A DNA stretch of 20,399 nt. It comes from a virus. The DNA is taken from UHGV virus genome UHGV-0020221. One strand, given 5' to 3'. The position numbers and the translations under genes were made by a program. Positions 1 through 11,532 of this stretch are shown here, piece by piece. Every line of letters begins with the position of its first letter. Within the stretch, counting starts at the first letter, position 1. The notes beneath the pieces are model-generated. The model worked only from the letters and a program-made list of their open reading frames with translations. It did no database searches and had not been told where the DNA came from.

Positions 1-132
1 ATAAACCAGGGCGATATCAAAGGCGCATGTGATCAGCTACGGCGCTGGACATACGCTGGCGGTAAGCAATGGAAAGGGCTGATGACTCGCCGTGAGATTG
101 AGCGTGAAGTCTGTTTGTGGGGTCAGCAATGA
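1..132 (+). CDS. Endolysin (lysozyme), 3' end only; gene starts upstream of the window
   Basis: Frame open from position 1 (...[40 protein letters not shown]) ending at TGA 130-132, which overlaps the Rz ATG (ATGA). Position directly upstream of Rz/Rz1 as in lambdoid lysis cassettes; C-terminus recalled as P22 gene 19-like. Confidence 0.65.
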
Positions 133-596
133 ACAGAGTAACCGCGATTATCTCCGCTTTGGTTATCTGCATCATCGTCTGCCTGTCATGGGCTGTTAAT
201 CATTACCGTGATAACGCCATCGCCTACAAAGAACAGCGTGATAAAAAAGTCAGTGAGCTGAAGCAGGCGACCGCCACCATTACTGACATGCAGCAACGCC
301 AGCGTGCTGCTGATGTACTCGATGCTAAATACACGAAGGAGTTAGCTGATGCGAAAGCTGAAAATGATGCTCTTCGGCGCAAGCTTGATAATGGTGGTCG
401 GGTGCTCGTCAAAGGAAAATGCCCTGTGCCATCCTCAGCCGAAACCTCCAGCGCCTCCGGCATGGGCAATGATGCCACCGTCGAACTCTCTCCAGTTGCT
501 GGACGAAACGTTCTCGGTATCCGGGACGGAATTATCCGCGACCAAACAGCACTGAGAACGCTTCAGGAATACATCAGGACGCAATGCCTTCGATGA
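129..596 (+). CDS. Rz: Rz i-spanin (P22 gene 15-like), 155 aa
   Basis: ATG at 129 overlapping the lysozyme stop. N-terminal transmembrane helix ([20 protein letters not shown]) followed by a charged coiled-coil region, with the Rz1 frame embedded. The ORF track's GTG at 117 is an upstream in-frame extension and is less likely. Confidence 0.85.
349..555 (+). CDS. Rz1: Rz1 o-spanin, outer-membrane lipoprotein embedded in the +1 frame of Rz
   Basis: ORF lies entirely inside Rz in a different frame. AAGGAG Shine-Dalgarno 339-344 before ATG 349. Signal peptide plus lipobox (LIMVVGC) followed by a Pro-rich mature peptide (PQPKPPAPP), the classic Rz1 architecture. Confidence 0.8.
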   Translation: MRKLKMMLFGASLIMVVGCSSKENALCHPQPKPPAPPAWAMMPPSNSLQLLDETFSVSGTELSATKQH

Positions 597-769
597 TAGC
601 GATAATTTTACTCATCATCCTTCACATCTGGCTCTGTAGACAGGGTGGTGCTCACTTCTGGAGTGAATCCAGATTAAACATCTCATTGCTGATGCTTGAT
701 ATTGAGCATTTTGCGCGCGGTAAGGGGCTGCGTTGAGATAAGAGCCAGTCATTACAAATACCAGGATTT

Positions 770-794
770 AGCCTCGCATTTGCGGGGCTTTTTT
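770..794 (+). terminator. Rho-independent terminator-like hairpin in the Rz-rha spacer
   Basis: GCCUCGC-auuu-GCGGGGC stem-loop (7-8 bp with one G-U pair) at 771-788 followed by TTTTTT at 789-794. Confidence 0.5.
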
Positions 795-942
795 ACATCT
801 GCAGTAAACCGCGCATCGCAGCGCGTAACAATCCCGAGTCTTTCAGAAAGCTGAGCCTGAGAATTGCCGTATATGGTGGCGACCATCTCGGGGACGGCTT
901 TTCTGTGCGAACAGGCTCATCTTTCTAAAAGGTAAAGACGCA

Positions 943-1485
943 ATGAACTACCCAACCGTTGTTAACGATATAGATTTCAGAGACCTAATTTTTGTAGCAA
1001 ACAACGATCCGGTTACAGATTCTTTTATGGTGGCAAAAGCATTTGGAAAGCTGCCGAAGAACGTGGTTCGTGACATTGAACGAACCATAGAAGCTTGCCC
1101 TCCTGAGTTTGATACAAAGCTCAACTTTGAGCTTTGCTATAAAAACAATGAGTTACAGAATGGTAAGCCGCAAAAATTCTACCGTCTCCGCAAGGATGGG
1201 TTGATGCTTTTGGTTATGTCCTACACCAAAAAAGAAGCAATGCGTATCAAAATTGCTTACATCAACGCATTCAACTGGATGTACGCCATGCTTCAGGTTG
1301 GTCATCGTCAATTTGAAGAAGAGAGAAATGCCGTAATGCTGGAGTACATGAAAGAGAAGGATGTTGCCAGCATGTCAGGCCGCCTGCTTAATCGCTGGGG
1401 AAAAATTAAGAAGCCTCAGCTACTGGCGAGAATTGAACGCCTTGAACAGCACGGGCAAACCGTAATCCCCGGACTCACCAATTAA
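943..1485 (+). CDS. rha: Rha-family phage regulatory protein, 180 aa
   Basis: N-terminal region (LIFVANNDPVTDSFMVAKAFGKLPKNVVRDIERTIE) matches the conserved Rha motif (pattern recalled for Phage_pRha domain proteins). Located between the lysis cassette and terminase genes, where P22-like phages carry an rha-like ORF. Confidence 0.7.
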   Translation: MNYPTVVNDIDFRDLIFVANNDPVTDSFMVAKAFGKLPKNVVRDIERTIEACPPEFDTKLNFELCYKNNELQNGKPQKFYRLRKDGLMLLVMSYTKKEAMRIKIAYINAFNWMYAMLQVGHRQFEEERNAVMLEYMKEKDVASMSGRLLNRWGKIKKPQLLARIERLEQHGQTVIPGLTN

Positions 1486-1712
1486 CGGCAGTACAGCGAA
1501 ACAACCCAAGCCAGAAAGTGGGGAAATAACACTGGCAGCCACTGAAAGATGAACCTCCTGCCTTATGGCAAAAAAGATTCTTTGTGGTGGCGGACTGATG
1601 GAAAGACATCGGTTATTGCAGAGGCCATTCAATGAGTGGTCTCGATAATGGCTTATACCCTACACGGGATAACTTAACTGATATCCCTTTTAACGGATAA
1701 ACGGAGCCAACA

Positions 1713-1955
1713 ATGGCAGAGATTATTCCCATGACTGAAGAACAGAAATTCCAGTTAGAGATTTACAAACTGGTCATGAACCAGAACGCAGCCGCAGAAG
1801 AAGCATTTCAATTCATTGGCACTGACGAACTGAAGCTTGAGCTATTCAAAATTCACTTCCAGTCAGGTGGCGCTAATTCAGATATCACGACCCGCACTAT
1901 CGAAGCGGTGCGTAAATCGAAGGAAGCGTTAGACCTGTTCACTACCGGAGCATGA
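1713..1955 (+). CDS. Hypothetical small protein (80 aa) upstream of small terminase, same position as P22 orf80
   Basis: GGAG Shine-Dalgarno about 7 nt upstream of ATG 1713; compact ORF ending 36 bp before the small terminase gene. Identity to P22 orf80 is recollection only. Confidence 0.55.
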   Translation: MAEIIPMTEEQKFQLEIYKLVMNQNAAAEEAFQFIGTDELKLELFKIHFQSGGANSDITTRTIEAVRKSKEALDLFTTGA

Positions 1956-1990
1956 TGCTCAGCCTGAAATAACAACTAAGTGAGATGAAT

Positions 1991-2479
1991 ATGGCAGCAC
2001 CAAAGGGCAACCGATTTTGGGAGGCCCGCAGTAGTCATGGGCGAAATCCTAAATTCGAATCGCCTGAGGCGCTGTGGGCAGCTTGTTGTGAATACTTCGA
2101 GTGGGCTGATGATAACCCGCTATGGGAGGGAAAGGTATTTTCATATCAGGGAGAAATAATTAAGGCTAATGTCCCTAAGATGCGAGCCATGACTATTTCA
2201 GGATTGTGTACCTTCCTTGATATCACCAGGCAAACATGGGGAACCTTCCGGTCAATGGAAGGTTTTTCTGACGTCACATCACGAGCGGAAGACATCATCT
2301 ACGACCAGAAATTCTCTGGCGCAGCCGCTGACCTTCTCAACGCTAACATCATCGCCCGTGATTTGGGCCTCAAAGAGCAGTCGCAAGTTGAAGACGTGAC
2401 ACCTGATAAGGGAGATCGCGATAAGCGACGCTCTCGTATCAAGGAGCTATTCAACCGTGGAACTGGACGCGATTCTTGA
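1991..2479 (+). CDS. Terminase small subunit (P22 gene 3 homolog), 162 aa
   Basis: Protein [38 protein letters not shown]... and C-terminus ...[23 protein letters not shown] match the recalled P22 gp3 sequence and length. ATG 1991 preferred over ATG 1985 because of GAG spacing. 3' end overlaps the large terminase gene by 23 nt. Confidence 0.85.
   Translation: MAAPKGNRFWEARSSHGRNPKFESPEALWAACCEYFEWADDNPLWEGKVFSYQGEIIKANVPKMRAMTISGLCTFLDITRQTWGTFRSMEGFSDVTSRAEDIIYDQKFSGAAADLLNANIIARDLGLKEQSQVEDVTPDKGDRDKRRSRIKELFNRGTGRDS
2258..2279 (+). other. Candidate pac site (packaging recognition sequence) inside the small terminase gene
   Basis: gaaggtttttctgacgtcacat lies at the position in gene 3 (codons for EGFSDVT) homologous to where the P22 22-bp pac site (recalled as GAAGATTTATCTGAAGTCGTTA, encoding EDLSEVV) resides; about 15-16 of 22 positions match. 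Confidence 0.35.
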
Positions 2480-3956
2480 TAACCTGAGCGACGAAGAGCA
2501 AATCGAATTGCTCGAGCTACTCGAAGAAGAAGAGAACTACCGGAACACACACCTGCTATATGAATTTACGCCATACAGCAAACAGCGTGAGTTCATCGAC
2601 GCCGGACATGACTATCCAGAGCGATGTTTTATGGCTGGTAACCAGCTTGGTAAGTCATTTACTGGTGCTGCTGAAGTCGCGTTTCACCTTACAGGGCGTT
2701 ATCCGGGCACAAAAGGCTATCCTGCTGATGGTAAATATGGCGGTGAGTGGAAAGGTAAGCGTTTCTACGAGCCTGTTGTCTTTTGGATTGGTGGCGAGAC
2801 AAACGAGACTGTAACCAAAACGACTCAACGCATCCTGTGCGGTCGTATCGAAGAGAATGGTGAGCCAGGCTATGGTTCCATACCTAAAGAAGACATCATT
2901 AGCTGGAAGAAGTCTCCTTTCTTTCCGAACCTTGTTGATCATCTTCTGGTTAAGCATCACACGGCTGATGGCGTTGAAGATGGCATTTCAATCTGCTACT
3001 TCAAGCCATACTCGCAAGGCCGTGCTCGCTGGCAGGGTGACACAATCCACGGCGTGTGGTTTGACGAAGAGCCACCATACAGCATTTATGGCGAAGGTCT
3101 TACCCGTACCAACAAATACGGGCAATTCTCAATTCTGACGTTTACCCCGCTGATGGGGATGTCTGACGTTGTTACCAAGTTCCTGAAGAATCCAAGCAAG
3201 TCGCAGAAAGTGGTCAACATGACCATCTATGACGCTGAGCACTACACCGACGAGCAGAAAGAGCAAATCATCGCATCCTATCCTGAGCATGAGAGAGAGG
3301 CGCGTGCTCGCGGTATTCCTACGATGGGTAGCGGGCGAATCTTCCAGATACCGGAAGAGACGATTAAGTGTCAGCCGTTTGAGTGCCCTGATCACTTCTA
3401 CGTAATTGGCGGGATGGATTTCGGATGGGATCACCCGCAGGCGCAGGTTCAGCTTTGGTGGGATAAGGACGCAGACACAATCTACGTTTCACGCGTGTGG
3501 AAGGCGAAAGAAAAGACAGCCGTTCAGGCGTGGGGAGCTGTTAAATCATGGGCGCATAAAGTGCCAACCGCATGGCCTCATGACGGAAACCAGCATGAGA
3601 AGGGCGGTGGTGAGCAGCTCAAAGGGCAGTATGCAGACGCTGGATTTATGATGTTGCAGGAGCATGCGACATGGCCTGATGGCGGTAATGCTGTTGAGCC
3701 TGGCATCACTGAATTGCGAGACATGATGCTCGATGGTCGCTTCAAAGTATTCAACACCTGTGAGCCATTCTTTGAGGAGTTCCGCCTCTATCACCGTGAT
3801 GAAAACGGGAAGATCGTCAAGCTTAACGACGACGTGCTATCCGCCGTTCGCTATGCATACATGATGCGCCGCTTCGCAAAAATGATGCGCGACATCAAAA
3901 AACCAAAAGAGAAAAAGATACCAGCCCCAATCAGGCCCATCGCACGGAGAACTTAA
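2457..3956 (+). CDS. Terminase large subunit (P22 gene 2 homolog), 499 aa
   Basis: GTG start at 2457, 10 nt after AAGGAG (2441-2446). N-terminus [26 protein letters not shown], Walker A-like GNQLGKSF, length identical to recalled P22 gp2. Stop overlaps the portal ATG (TAAATG). Confidence 0.9.
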   Translation: MELDAILDNLSDEEQIELLELLEEEENYRNTHLLYEFTPYSKQREFIDAGHDYPERCFMAGNQLGKSFTGAAEVAFHLTGRYPGTKGYPADGKYGGEWKGKRFYEPVVFWIGGETNETVTKTTQRILCGRIEENGEPGYGSIPKEDIISWKKSPFFPNLVDHLLVKHHTADGVEDGISICYFKPYSQGRARWQGDTIHGVWFDEEPPYSIYGEGLTRTNKYGQFSILTFTPLMGMSDVVTKFLKNPSKSQKVVNMTIYDAEHYTDEQKEQIIASYPEHEREARARGIPTMGSGRIFQIPEETIKCQPFECPDHFYVIGGMDFGWDHPQAQVQLWWDKDADTIYVSRVWKAKEKTAVQAWGAVKSWAHKVPTAWPHDGNQHEKGGGEQLKGQYADAGFMMLQEHATWPDGGNAVEPGITELRDMMLDGRFKVFNTCEPFFEEFRLYHRDENGKIVKLNDDVLSAVRYAYMMRRFAKMMRDIKKPKEKKIPAPIRPIARRT

Positions 3957-6122
3957 ATGGCCGACGAAAACAGACTCAATTCCATTCTGTGTAAGTTTGA
4001 CGCAGACTGGATGGCGAGCGATGAAGCCAGAACCGAGGCGACAAATGACCTGTATTTTAGCCGAGTGTCGCAATGGGATGACTGGCTATCAAACTACACC
4101 ACCCTGCAGTATCGCGGACAATTCGATGTTGTCCGCCCGGTTGTCAGGAAGTTGGTCGCAGAGATGCGCCGGAACCCTATCGACGTTCTCTTCCGACCAA
4201 AAGACGGTGCTAATCCTGATGCTGCCGATGTGCTGATGGGGATGTATCGTACTGATATGCGCCATAACACGGCAAAAATTGCCGTTAACGTTGGCGTTCG
4301 TGAGCAGATAGAGTCCGGCGTTGGTGCATGGCGTCTGGTCACGCAGTACGAAGACAACGATCCAACAAGCAACAATCAGGTAATCCGACGCCTGCCAATC
4401 CATGAGGCCTGCTCACACGTCATATGGGACGCAAACAGCAAGCAGATGGATAAGAGCGACGCTAAGCACTGCACGGTGATTAACGCTTTGTCACGCAATG
4501 GCTGGAAAGAGTTCGCAGAGGATTACGGTATTGATCCTGACACGCTGCCATCTTTCCAGAATCCGAACGATACATGGCTGTTTCCGTGGGTATCGAATGA
4601 TGTCGTCTACGTCGCTGAGTATTACGAGGTCGAAGAGAAGAAAGAGAAGGTCTTCATCTACCGCGACCCGCTGACAGGTGAGCCGGTCAGCTATTACCAG
4701 CAAGATATCAAAGACGTCATCGACGACCTGGCTAATCGTGGATTCATTAAGGTAGTAGAGCGCAAGGTGAAGCGTCGGCGTGTGTATAAGTCGATCATCA
4801 CCTGCACGCAGATACTGAAAGACCGCGAGAAGATAGCCGGAGAGCATATTCCAATCGTTCCAGTGTATGGCGAATGGTCATTCGCTGGTGACAAGGAGTG
4901 CTACGAAGGAGTGGTAAGGCTGACGAAAGACGGTCAGCGCCTTCGTAACATGATCATGTCATTCAACGCCGATATTGTTGCTCGTTCACCGAAGAAGAAA
5001 CCGACCTTCTTCCCTGAGCAAATCGAAGGCTACGAATACATGTACGGTGGAAATGATGACTATCCGTACTATCTGCAGAACAAGACCGATGAAAACGGTA
5101 ACGACCTGCCGATTGGCCCAATCTCCTACATGGAAAACCCTGAAGTGCCGCAAGCCAACGCTTACATGCTTGAGGCTGCCACCAACGCAGTGAAAGAGGT
5201 GGCTAGTCTTGGTGTGGATGCGCAGGCAGCAAACTCTCAGGTCGCTTTCGATACCGTCAATCAACTGAACATGCGGGCAGACCTTGAGACATACGTGTTT
5301 CAGGATAACCTAGCTACCGCAATGCGACGTGATGGCGAGATTTATGCCTCAATGGTCAACGATATTTATGACGTTCCTCGCCATGTAACGCTGACACTTG
5401 AAGATGGTAGCGAGAAAGACGTTCAACTCTACGCGCAAGTTGTCGATTACCAGTCCGGCAATGTGGTCACACTCAACGACATTCGCGGTCGCTATGAGTG
5501 CTATACAGACGTTGGACCATCCTTCCAGAGTATGAAGGAACAGAACCGCGCAGAGATTCAGGAGTTGCTCACCAAGGTTCCGCAAGGTACTCCAGAGTTC
5601 CAGATGCTGATGCTGCAATACTTCACGCTGCTTGACGGTAAAGGCGTCGAGATGATGCGAGAGTACGCGAACAAGCAACTGGTGATGATGGGGCTGAAGA
5701 AACCAGAAACACCTGAAGAGATGGAGATGGTACAGCAGGCTCAACAGCAGCCGCAGCAGCCATCAGCAGAGCAAATTCAGGCGCAGGGTATCCTTCTGCA
5801 AGGTCAGGCTGAATTGCTCAAGGCAGAGAACCAACAGGCGCAGATTCAGGTTGAAGCCGCCAAGGTTGAAGCCCAAAACCAACTCAACGCCGCGAAGATT
5901 GCAGAAATCTTCAACAATATGGACCTCGACAAGCAGGCAGAACTGCGTGAGTACCTCAAGCTCGTAGGTCAATTCCAGCAACAGCGCAGCAAAGATGCTC
6001 GTGCTAACGCTGAGCTGCTTCTTAAAGATGCAGACCAGACTCATTCACAACGCATGGATTTCGCGAATCTTATGCGTCAAGTTCAAATCCCCTCCGGCGG
6101 AGTAGCCGAGACACCTCAATAA
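3957..6122 (+). CDS. Portal protein (P22 gene 1 homolog), 721 aa
   Basis: Long ORF with GGAGA Shine-Dalgarno 3946-3950; sequence collinear with recalled P22 portal, including the Gln-rich C-terminal barrel region ([65 protein letters not shown]). Confidence 0.9.
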   Translation: MADENRLNSILCKFDADWMASDEARTEATNDLYFSRVSQWDDWLSNYTTLQYRGQFDVVRPVVRKLVAEMRRNPIDVLFRPKDGANPDAADVLMGMYRTDMRHNTAKIAVNVGVREQIESGVGAWRLVTQYEDNDPTSNNQVIRRLPIHEACSHVIWDANSKQMDKSDAKHCTVINALSRNGWKEFAEDYGIDPDTLPSFQNPNDTWLFPWVSNDVVYVAEYYEVEEKKEKVFIYRDPLTGEPVSYYQQDIKDVIDDLANRGFIKVVERKVKRRRVYKSIITCTQILKDREKIAGEHIPIVPVYGEWSFAGDKECYEGVVRLTKDGQRLRNMIMSFNADIVARSPKKKPTFFPEQIEGYEYMYGGNDDYPYYLQNKTDENGNDLPIGPISYMENPEVPQANAYMLEAATNAVKEVASLGVDAQAANSQVAFDTVNQLNMRADLETYVFQDNLATAMRRDGEIYASMVNDIYDVPRHVTLTLEDGSEKDVQLYAQVVDYQSGNVVTLNDIRGRYECYTDVGPSFQSMKEQNRAEIQELLTKVPQGTPEFQMLMLQYFTLLDGKGVEMMREYANKQLVMMGLKKPETPEEMEMVQQAQQQPQQPSAEQIQAQGILLQGQAELLKAENQQAQIQVEAAKVEAQNQLNAAKIAEIFNNMDLDKQAELREYLKLVGQFQQQRSKDARANAELLLKDADQTHSQRMDFANLMRQVQIPSGGVAETPQ

Positions 6123-6135
6123 GAGAGAGTTAACC

Positions 6136-7047
6136 ATGGACCAAACCACCGACATTCAGGCTTCTGAAGAATTAACCCTGCCCGGCAATCATGCAGCGGC
6201 ATCTGCTGATGGCTTAGTTGTCGATAATGCCAACGACAGTGCAGGTCAGGAAGAAGGCTTTGAGATTGTCCTGAAAGACGATGAGAAACCAAAACAAGAC
6301 CCGGCAACTAATGCTGAATTTGCCCGTCGCCGCATCGAACGCAAACGCCAGCGTGAGCTTGAGCAGCAGATGGAAGCGGTTAAGCGTGGAGAGTTGCCGG
6401 AGCACCTGCGGGTGAACCCTGAGTTACCAAAACAACCAGACCCTAACGATTATCTTTCCGAAGATGCACTGGCTAAGTACGACTATGACCAGAGCCGCGC
6501 ACTGGCTGCCTTCCAGCAGGCAAACAGTGAATGGCAGATCAAGGCTATGGACGCACGAAGCCAGGCTGTCGCCGAGCAGGGTCGCAAAACTCAGGAGTTC
6601 ACCCAGCAATCAGCGCAATACGTCGAGGCAGCCCGTAAGCACTACGACGCAGCGGAAAAGCTCAATATCCCTGACTATCAGGAGAAAGAGGATGCATTCA
6701 TGCAACTGGTGCCGCCAGCAGTCGGTGCCGACATCATGCGCCTCTTCCCGGAGAAATCCGCTGCTCTCATGTATCACCTTGGTGCTAATCCTGAGAAAAC
6801 ACGCCAGTTGCTGGCGATGGACGGGCAATCCGCGCTGATTGAACTCACTCGACTGTCAGAACGTTTAACTCTCAAGCCTCGAGCAAAGCCTGTTTCAGAA
6901 GCCCCGTTACCTGATGAACCCATTCAGGGACACGCTGTTGCTGCAAATATCTCTGCGATTGAAAAGCAGATGGAAGCGGCAGCAAACAAAGGGGATGTAG
7001 AGACGTACCGCAAGCTTAAGGCGCAACTGAATAAAGGAATTCGATAA
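6136..7047 (+). CDS. Scaffolding protein (P22 gene 8 homolog), 303 aa
   Basis: Acidic, helix-prone 303-aa ORF directly between portal and coat; length equals P22 gp8. Stop overlaps the coat ATG (TAATG). Confidence 0.85.
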   Translation: MDQTTDIQASEELTLPGNHAAASADGLVVDNANDSAGQEEGFEIVLKDDEKPKQDPATNAEFARRRIERKRQRELEQQMEAVKRGELPEHLRVNPELPKQPDPNDYLSEDALAKYDYDQSRALAAFQQANSEWQIKAMDARSQAVAEQGRKTQEFTQQSAQYVEAARKHYDAAEKLNIPDYQEKEDAFMQLVPPAVGADIMRLFPEKSAALMYHLGANPEKTRQLLAMDGQSALIELTRLSERLTLKPRAKPVSEAPLPDEPIQGHAVAANISAIEKQMEAAANKGDVETYRKLKAQLNKGIR

Positions 7048-8342
7048 TGGCATTAAATGAAGGTCAACTGGTCACATATGCTCTGGATGAAATCATCGAA
7101 ACCGTCCAGAACCTGACGCCAATGGCGTCCAAAGTGACAAAATACACCCCTCCGGCAGAATCAATGCAGCGTTCAAGCAACACCGTGTGGATGCCTGTTG
7201 AGCAGGAAGCGCCAACCCAGACTGGCTGGGATTTAACTGGCAACGCAACCGGGATTCTGGAACTCTCCGTGAAATGCAACATGGGCGATCCGGATAACGA
7301 TTTCTTCGAGCTTCGTGCAGATGACCTGCGTGATGAGCGTTCTTACCGTCGCCGCATCCAGGCATCCGCCAAAAAACTGGCGAATAACATTGAGTCAGCA
7401 ATTGCCAAACAGGCAACTGAAATGGGCTCGCTTGTTGTTCACGATACCCGCGCAATTGGTCCATCTACTGGCCTGTCTGGATGGGATTTTGTGTCTGATG
7501 CAGAGCGACTGATGTTCTCCCGTGAGCTAAACCGCGATATGGGCATCAGTTACTTCCTGAATCCTGACGATTACCGCAAAGCAGGCCGCAACCTGGTAGA
7601 TGGTGACATCTTCGGTCGCGTTCCTGAAGAAGCGTATCGCAACGGTACTATTCAGCGTCAGATTGCTGGCTTTGATGAAATTCTTCGCTCACCGAAACTT
7701 CCGGCAGTTACCAAGTCAACCGCTACTGGTGTAACTGTGTCTGGAGCGCAGAAGTTTAAGCCGCAGGCATACACCCTTGATACCGATGGTAACAAGGAGA
7801 ACGTCGACAACCGTGTTGCAACGGTGACCGTATCCTCCACCACCGGATTTAAGCGCGGCGACAAAATCAGCTTCACTGGTGTGAAATTCCTGTCTCAGAT
7901 GGCGAAGAACGTGCTGACTGATGATGCGACTTTCTCAATCACCCGAGTGATCGATAGTACTCACATCGAAATCACGCCGAAGCCGATTGCGCTGGATGAC
8001 GCGTCACTGACAAAAGAAGAGAAGGCTTACGCTAACGTAAACACCTCTCTTGCTAATACCACTCCGGTAAACGTTCTGAACGTGGCAACAACCACCGCTA
8101 ACGTGTTCTGGGCTGATGACTCAATCCGCCTGCTGTCTCAGCCGATTCCGGTAACCCATGAACTGTTTGCTGGCATGAAAACTTCTTCCTTCAGCATTCC
8201 AGGTATTGGTGTTAACGGCATCTTCGCAACGCAGGGTGATATCAACACTCTGTCTGGTAAGTGCCGTATTGCTGTGTGGTATTCAGCATGTGCTGTACGA
8301 CCAGAGGCAATTGGTGTTGGTCTGCCTAACCAGACTGCGTGA
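7047..8342 (+). CDS. Major coat protein (P22 gene 5 homolog), 431 aa
   Basis: [23 protein letters not shown]... collinear with recalled P22 coat protein (430 aa) including ...[21 protein letters not shown]...[14 protein letters not shown]. Confidence 0.9.
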   Translation: MALNEGQLVTYALDEIIETVQNLTPMASKVTKYTPPAESMQRSSNTVWMPVEQEAPTQTGWDLTGNATGILELSVKCNMGDPDNDFFELRADDLRDERSYRRRIQASAKKLANNIESAIAKQATEMGSLVVHDTRAIGPSTGLSGWDFVSDAERLMFSRELNRDMGISYFLNPDDYRKAGRNLVDGDIFGRVPEEAYRNGTIQRQIAGFDEILRSPKLPAVTKSTATGVTVSGAQKFKPQAYTLDTDGNKENVDNRVATVTVSSTTGFKRGDKISFTGVKFLSQMAKNVLTDDATFSITRVIDSTHIEITPKPIALDDASLTKEEKAYANVNTSLANTTPVNVLNVATTTANVFWADDSIRLLSQPIPVTHELFAGMKTSSFSIPGIGVNGIFATQGDINTLSGKCRIAVWYSACAVRPEAIGVGLPNQTA

Positions 8343-8349
8343 TAACCAG

Positions 8350-8372
8350 AGGGAGCTTCGGCTCCCTTTTTT
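8350..8372 (+). terminator. Rho-independent terminator immediately after the coat gene
   Basis: aGGGAGC-ttcg-GCTCCCt perfect stem (8350-8367) followed by TTTTTT through 8372, 8 nt after the coat stop codon. Confidence 0.6.
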
Positions 8373-8386
8373 ATCTGGAGACAAGC

Positions 8387-8660
<274 letters not shown>

Positions 8661-8683
<23 letters not shown>

Positions 8684-9161
8684 TTTAGTTCTTGCGGCAT
8701 TACGTAAGCTCGGTGTGGCATCAAATGCCACGTTAACCGATGTCGAACCGCAGTCTATGGAAGACGGCGTCAACGACCTTGAAATGATGATGGCTGAATG
8801 GCTTGGCGGTGATGTGTCACCTGGTATCAACGTTGGCTACATTTTCGCTGATGCAGATGTCGCTCCAGATCCGGGCGATGAGCACGGTTTATCAAATAAC
8901 GCTATCAATGCCGTCATTTTCAACCTTGCCTGCCGCATTGCTCCGGATTATGCGCTGGAAGCGTCTGCAAAACTTATAACCACTGCCAGATACGGGAAAG
9001 AGAGACTCGTCAAACTGTCTGCAATGGACAGAGCAAAAGCCGCTAAATGTAAGTCCGGTTATCCAAACCGTATGCCTGTTGGTAGTGGTAACCAGTTGGC
9101 GAAGTGTAACGGTTGGAATTACTTCCAGCGAAAGGAACCTTGCGATAACGGGAGCGAATAA
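8661..9161 (+). CDS. Portal-proximal tail adaptor / head completion protein (P22 gene 4 homolog), 166 aa
   Basis: ATG 8661 gives [33 protein letters not shown]..., matching recalled P22 gp4 in sequence and length (166 aa). The ORF-track extension upstream (QSQS...) is the repeat read in another frame, not coding. Confidence 0.85.
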
Positions 9162-10579
9162 TGCCGATTCAGCAACTTCCGCTTATGAAAGGTGTCGGCA
9201 AAGACTTTCGAAACGCCGACTATATCGACTATCTGCCAGTGAATATGCTGGCAACCCCCAAAGAAATCCTCAACAGCAGTGGATATCTTCGCTCATTCCC
9301 TGGCATTGCCAAACGCTCTGATGTGAATGGTGTATCGCGCGGTGTCGAGTACAACATGGCGCAGAATGCTGTTTATCGCGTTTGCGGTGGCAAGTTGTAT
9401 AAGGGCGAAAGCGAGGTCGGTGATGTTGCCGGAAGTGGTCGCGTATCAATGGCGCATGGTCGAACATCTCAGGCGGTAGGCGTTAATGGTCAACTGGTCG
9501 AGTATCGCTATGATGGAACGGTTAAAACAGTCTCAAACTGGCCTACAGACAGCGGATTCACTCAGTATGAGTTAGGTTCGGTTCGCGACATTACGCGTTT
9601 ACGTGGGCGTTATGCGTGGTCAAAAGACGGCACGGATTCATGGTTTATCACTGACCTTGAAGACGAATCGCATCCTGACCGTTACAGCGCACAATATCGC
9701 GCAGAATCGCAGCCGGACGGTATCCTCGGCATCGGAACATGGCGAGACTTCATCGTCTGCTTTGGTTCATCGACGATTGAATATTTTTCCCTGACTGGGG
9801 CAACCACCGTTGGTGCCGCTTTGTATGTCGCACAGCCATCACTGATGGTGCAGAAAGGCATTGCCGGAACTTACTGCAAAACGCCGTTTGCTGATTCCTA
9901 TGCGTTTATCAGCAATCCGGCAACAGGTGCTCCGTCTGTATACATCATCGGCTCCGGTCAGGTATCACCAATCGCCAGCGCGAGCATTGAGAAAATCCTC
10001 CGCTCCTACACTGCTGATGAACTGGCTGATGGTGTGATGGAATCGTTGCGGTTTGATGCTCATGAGTTGCTGATTATCCATCTTTCGCGTCACGTCCTTG
10101 TGTACGACGCATCTTCAAGCGCCAATGGTCCGCAATGGTGTGTGCTGAAAACAGGCCTGTATGACGATGTGTACCGCGCTATCGACTTCATTTACGAAGG
10201 CAATCAGATAACGTGCGGCGATAAGCTGGAGTCCGTGACCGGAAAATTGCAGTTCGACATCAGCAGCCAGTATGGGCTACAGCAAGAACACCTGCTGTTT
10301 ACTCCACTCTTCAAAGCAGATAACGCCAGATGCTTTGATCTGGAGGTGGAATCATCGACGGGGGTCGCTCAGTACGCCGACCGCCTGTTCCTCTCGGCAA
10401 CCACTGATGGCATCAATTACGGTCGTGAGCAGATGATTGAGCAGAATGAACCGTTCGTTTACGACAAGCGTGTTTTGTGGAAGCGAGTCGGGCGCATCAG
10501 GAAAAATGTCGGCTTCAAATTGCGCGTTATCACGAAGTCACCTGTCACTCTGTCTGGCTGCCAGATAAGGATCGAGTAA
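9161..10579 (+). CDS. Tail hub protein (P22 gene 10 homolog), 472 aa
   Basis: 472-aa ORF, same length as P22 gp10, start overlapping gp4 stop (TAATG); conserved position between gene 4 and the tail needle gene. Confidence 0.85.
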   Translation: MPIQQLPLMKGVGKDFRNADYIDYLPVNMLATPKEILNSSGYLRSFPGIAKRSDVNGVSRGVEYNMAQNAVYRVCGGKLYKGESEVGDVAGSGRVSMAHGRTSQAVGVNGQLVEYRYDGTVKTVSNWPTDSGFTQYELGSVRDITRLRGRYAWSKDGTDSWFITDLEDESHPDRYSAQYRAESQPDGILGIGTWRDFIVCFGSSTIEYFSLTGATTVGAALYVAQPSLMVQKGIAGTYCKTPFADSYAFISNPATGAPSVYIIGSGQVSPIASASIEKILRSYTADELADGVMESLRFDAHELLIIHLSRHVLVYDASSSANGPQWCVLKTGLYDDVYRAIDFIYEGNQITCGDKLESVTGKLQFDISSQYGLQQEHLLFTPLFKADNARCFDLEVESSTGVAQYADRLFLSATTDGINYGREQMIEQNEPFVYDKRVLWKRVGRIRKNVGFKLRVITKSPVTLSGCQIRIE

Positions 10580-11532
10580 TGGCTGATTCGAATCTCAATG
10601 AGCCGGTAATCATTCAGGCTACACGACTCGACACATCAGTCCTTCCACGCAATATCTTCTCGCAGTCATATCTGCTGTACGTTATCGCACAGGGTACTGA
10701 TGTTGGTAACGTGGCTAACAAGGCCAACGAAGCAGGGAAGGGAGCTTATGATGCACAGGTGAAGAATGATGAGCAGGATGTCACCCTTGCAGACCATGAA
10801 TCCAGAATTGCTGCTGCTGAAGCAACTCTCGTCAATCATGAACATAGAATCGCAGCAGCGGAAAGCACTCTTGCAGATCATGAAACAAGGATTACGGCTG
10901 CCGAAACAGAGCTGGCTGATCACGAGACGCGAATTGCTGCCAATGAATCTGAGTTAGCAAACCATGATGCGCGAATAACTCAGAATACAACCGATATCAA
11001 CGCACTTGATACCAGGCTCACAGCGGCAGAGGGAAGTATTTCGACGCTACAAAGCACAGTTGGTGATCACTCAACAAGAATATCTGCGCTTGAGTATGCC
11101 ACCACGCGCAAGAAATCAGAGGTTGTTTACTCAGGAGTATCGGTAACCATTCCAACAGCGCCGACCAACCTTGTTAGCCTGCTGAAAACGCTCACGCCGT
11201 CATCCGGGACGTTGGCACCATTCTTCGATACTGATAACAACAAGATGGTTGTTTTCAACGAGAACAAAACCCTGTTCTTCAAGCTGTCGATTGTCGGGAC
11301 GTGGCCCAGCGGAACCGCAAACAGGTCAATGCAGCTAACCTTTTCCGGATCTGTTCCTGACACACTGGTAAGCAGTCGCAACTCGGCGACAACAACCGAT
11401 AACATCCTGTTAGCTACGTTCTTCAGCGTGGATAAAGACGGCTTTCTTGCCACAAATGGCAGTACGTTAACCATCCAGTCAAATGGGGCGGCGTTTACTG
11501 CCACAACCATCAAGATAATCGCGGAGCAGTGA
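10579..11532 (+). CDS. Tail needle / plug protein (P22 gene 26 family), long form of 317 aa with extended coiled coil and distinct C-terminal domain
   Basis: N-terminus [43 protein letters not shown]... matches recalled gp26 N-terminal tip. Followed by five 14-residue tandem repeats and a C-terminal region about 130 aa long that recalled P22 gp26 (233 aa) lacks. Confidence 0.85.
   Translation: MADSNLNEPVIIQATRLDTSVLPRNIFSQSYLLYVIAQGTDVGNVANKANEAGKGAYDAQVKNDEQDVTLADHESRIAAAEATLVNHEHRIAAAESTLADHETRITAAETELADHETRIAANESELANHDARITQNTTDINALDTRLTAAEGSISTLQSTVGDHSTRISALEYATTRKKSEVVYSGVSVTIPTAPTNLVSLLKTLTPSSGTLAPFFDTDNNKMVVFNENKTLFFKLSIVGTWPSGTANRSMQLTFSGSVPDTLVSSRNSATTTDNILLATFFSVDKDGFLATNGSTLTIQSNGAAFTATTIKIIAEQ
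10786..10995 (+). repeat. Five tandem 42-bp (14-aa) degenerate repeats encoding the coiled-coil shaft of the tail needle
   Basis: Protein repeats [14 protein letters not shown] / [14 protein letters not shown] / [14 protein letters not shown] / [14 protein letters not shown] / [14 protein letters not shown] read directly from the translation. Confidence 0.8.

Noticed and set aside
117-128. GTG start at 117 for Rz (ORF-track start)
   Set aside because: The ATG at 129 overlaps the lysozyme stop codon in the typical ATGA arrangement and gives the expected Rz N-terminus; the GTG extension adds only MGSA.
1549-1635. 28-codon ORF (MNLLPYGKKDSLWWRTDGKTSVIAEAIQ) in the rha-orf80 spacer
   Set aside because: Very short, no clear Shine-Dalgarno, and nothing recognisable in it; noted only as a possible peptide.
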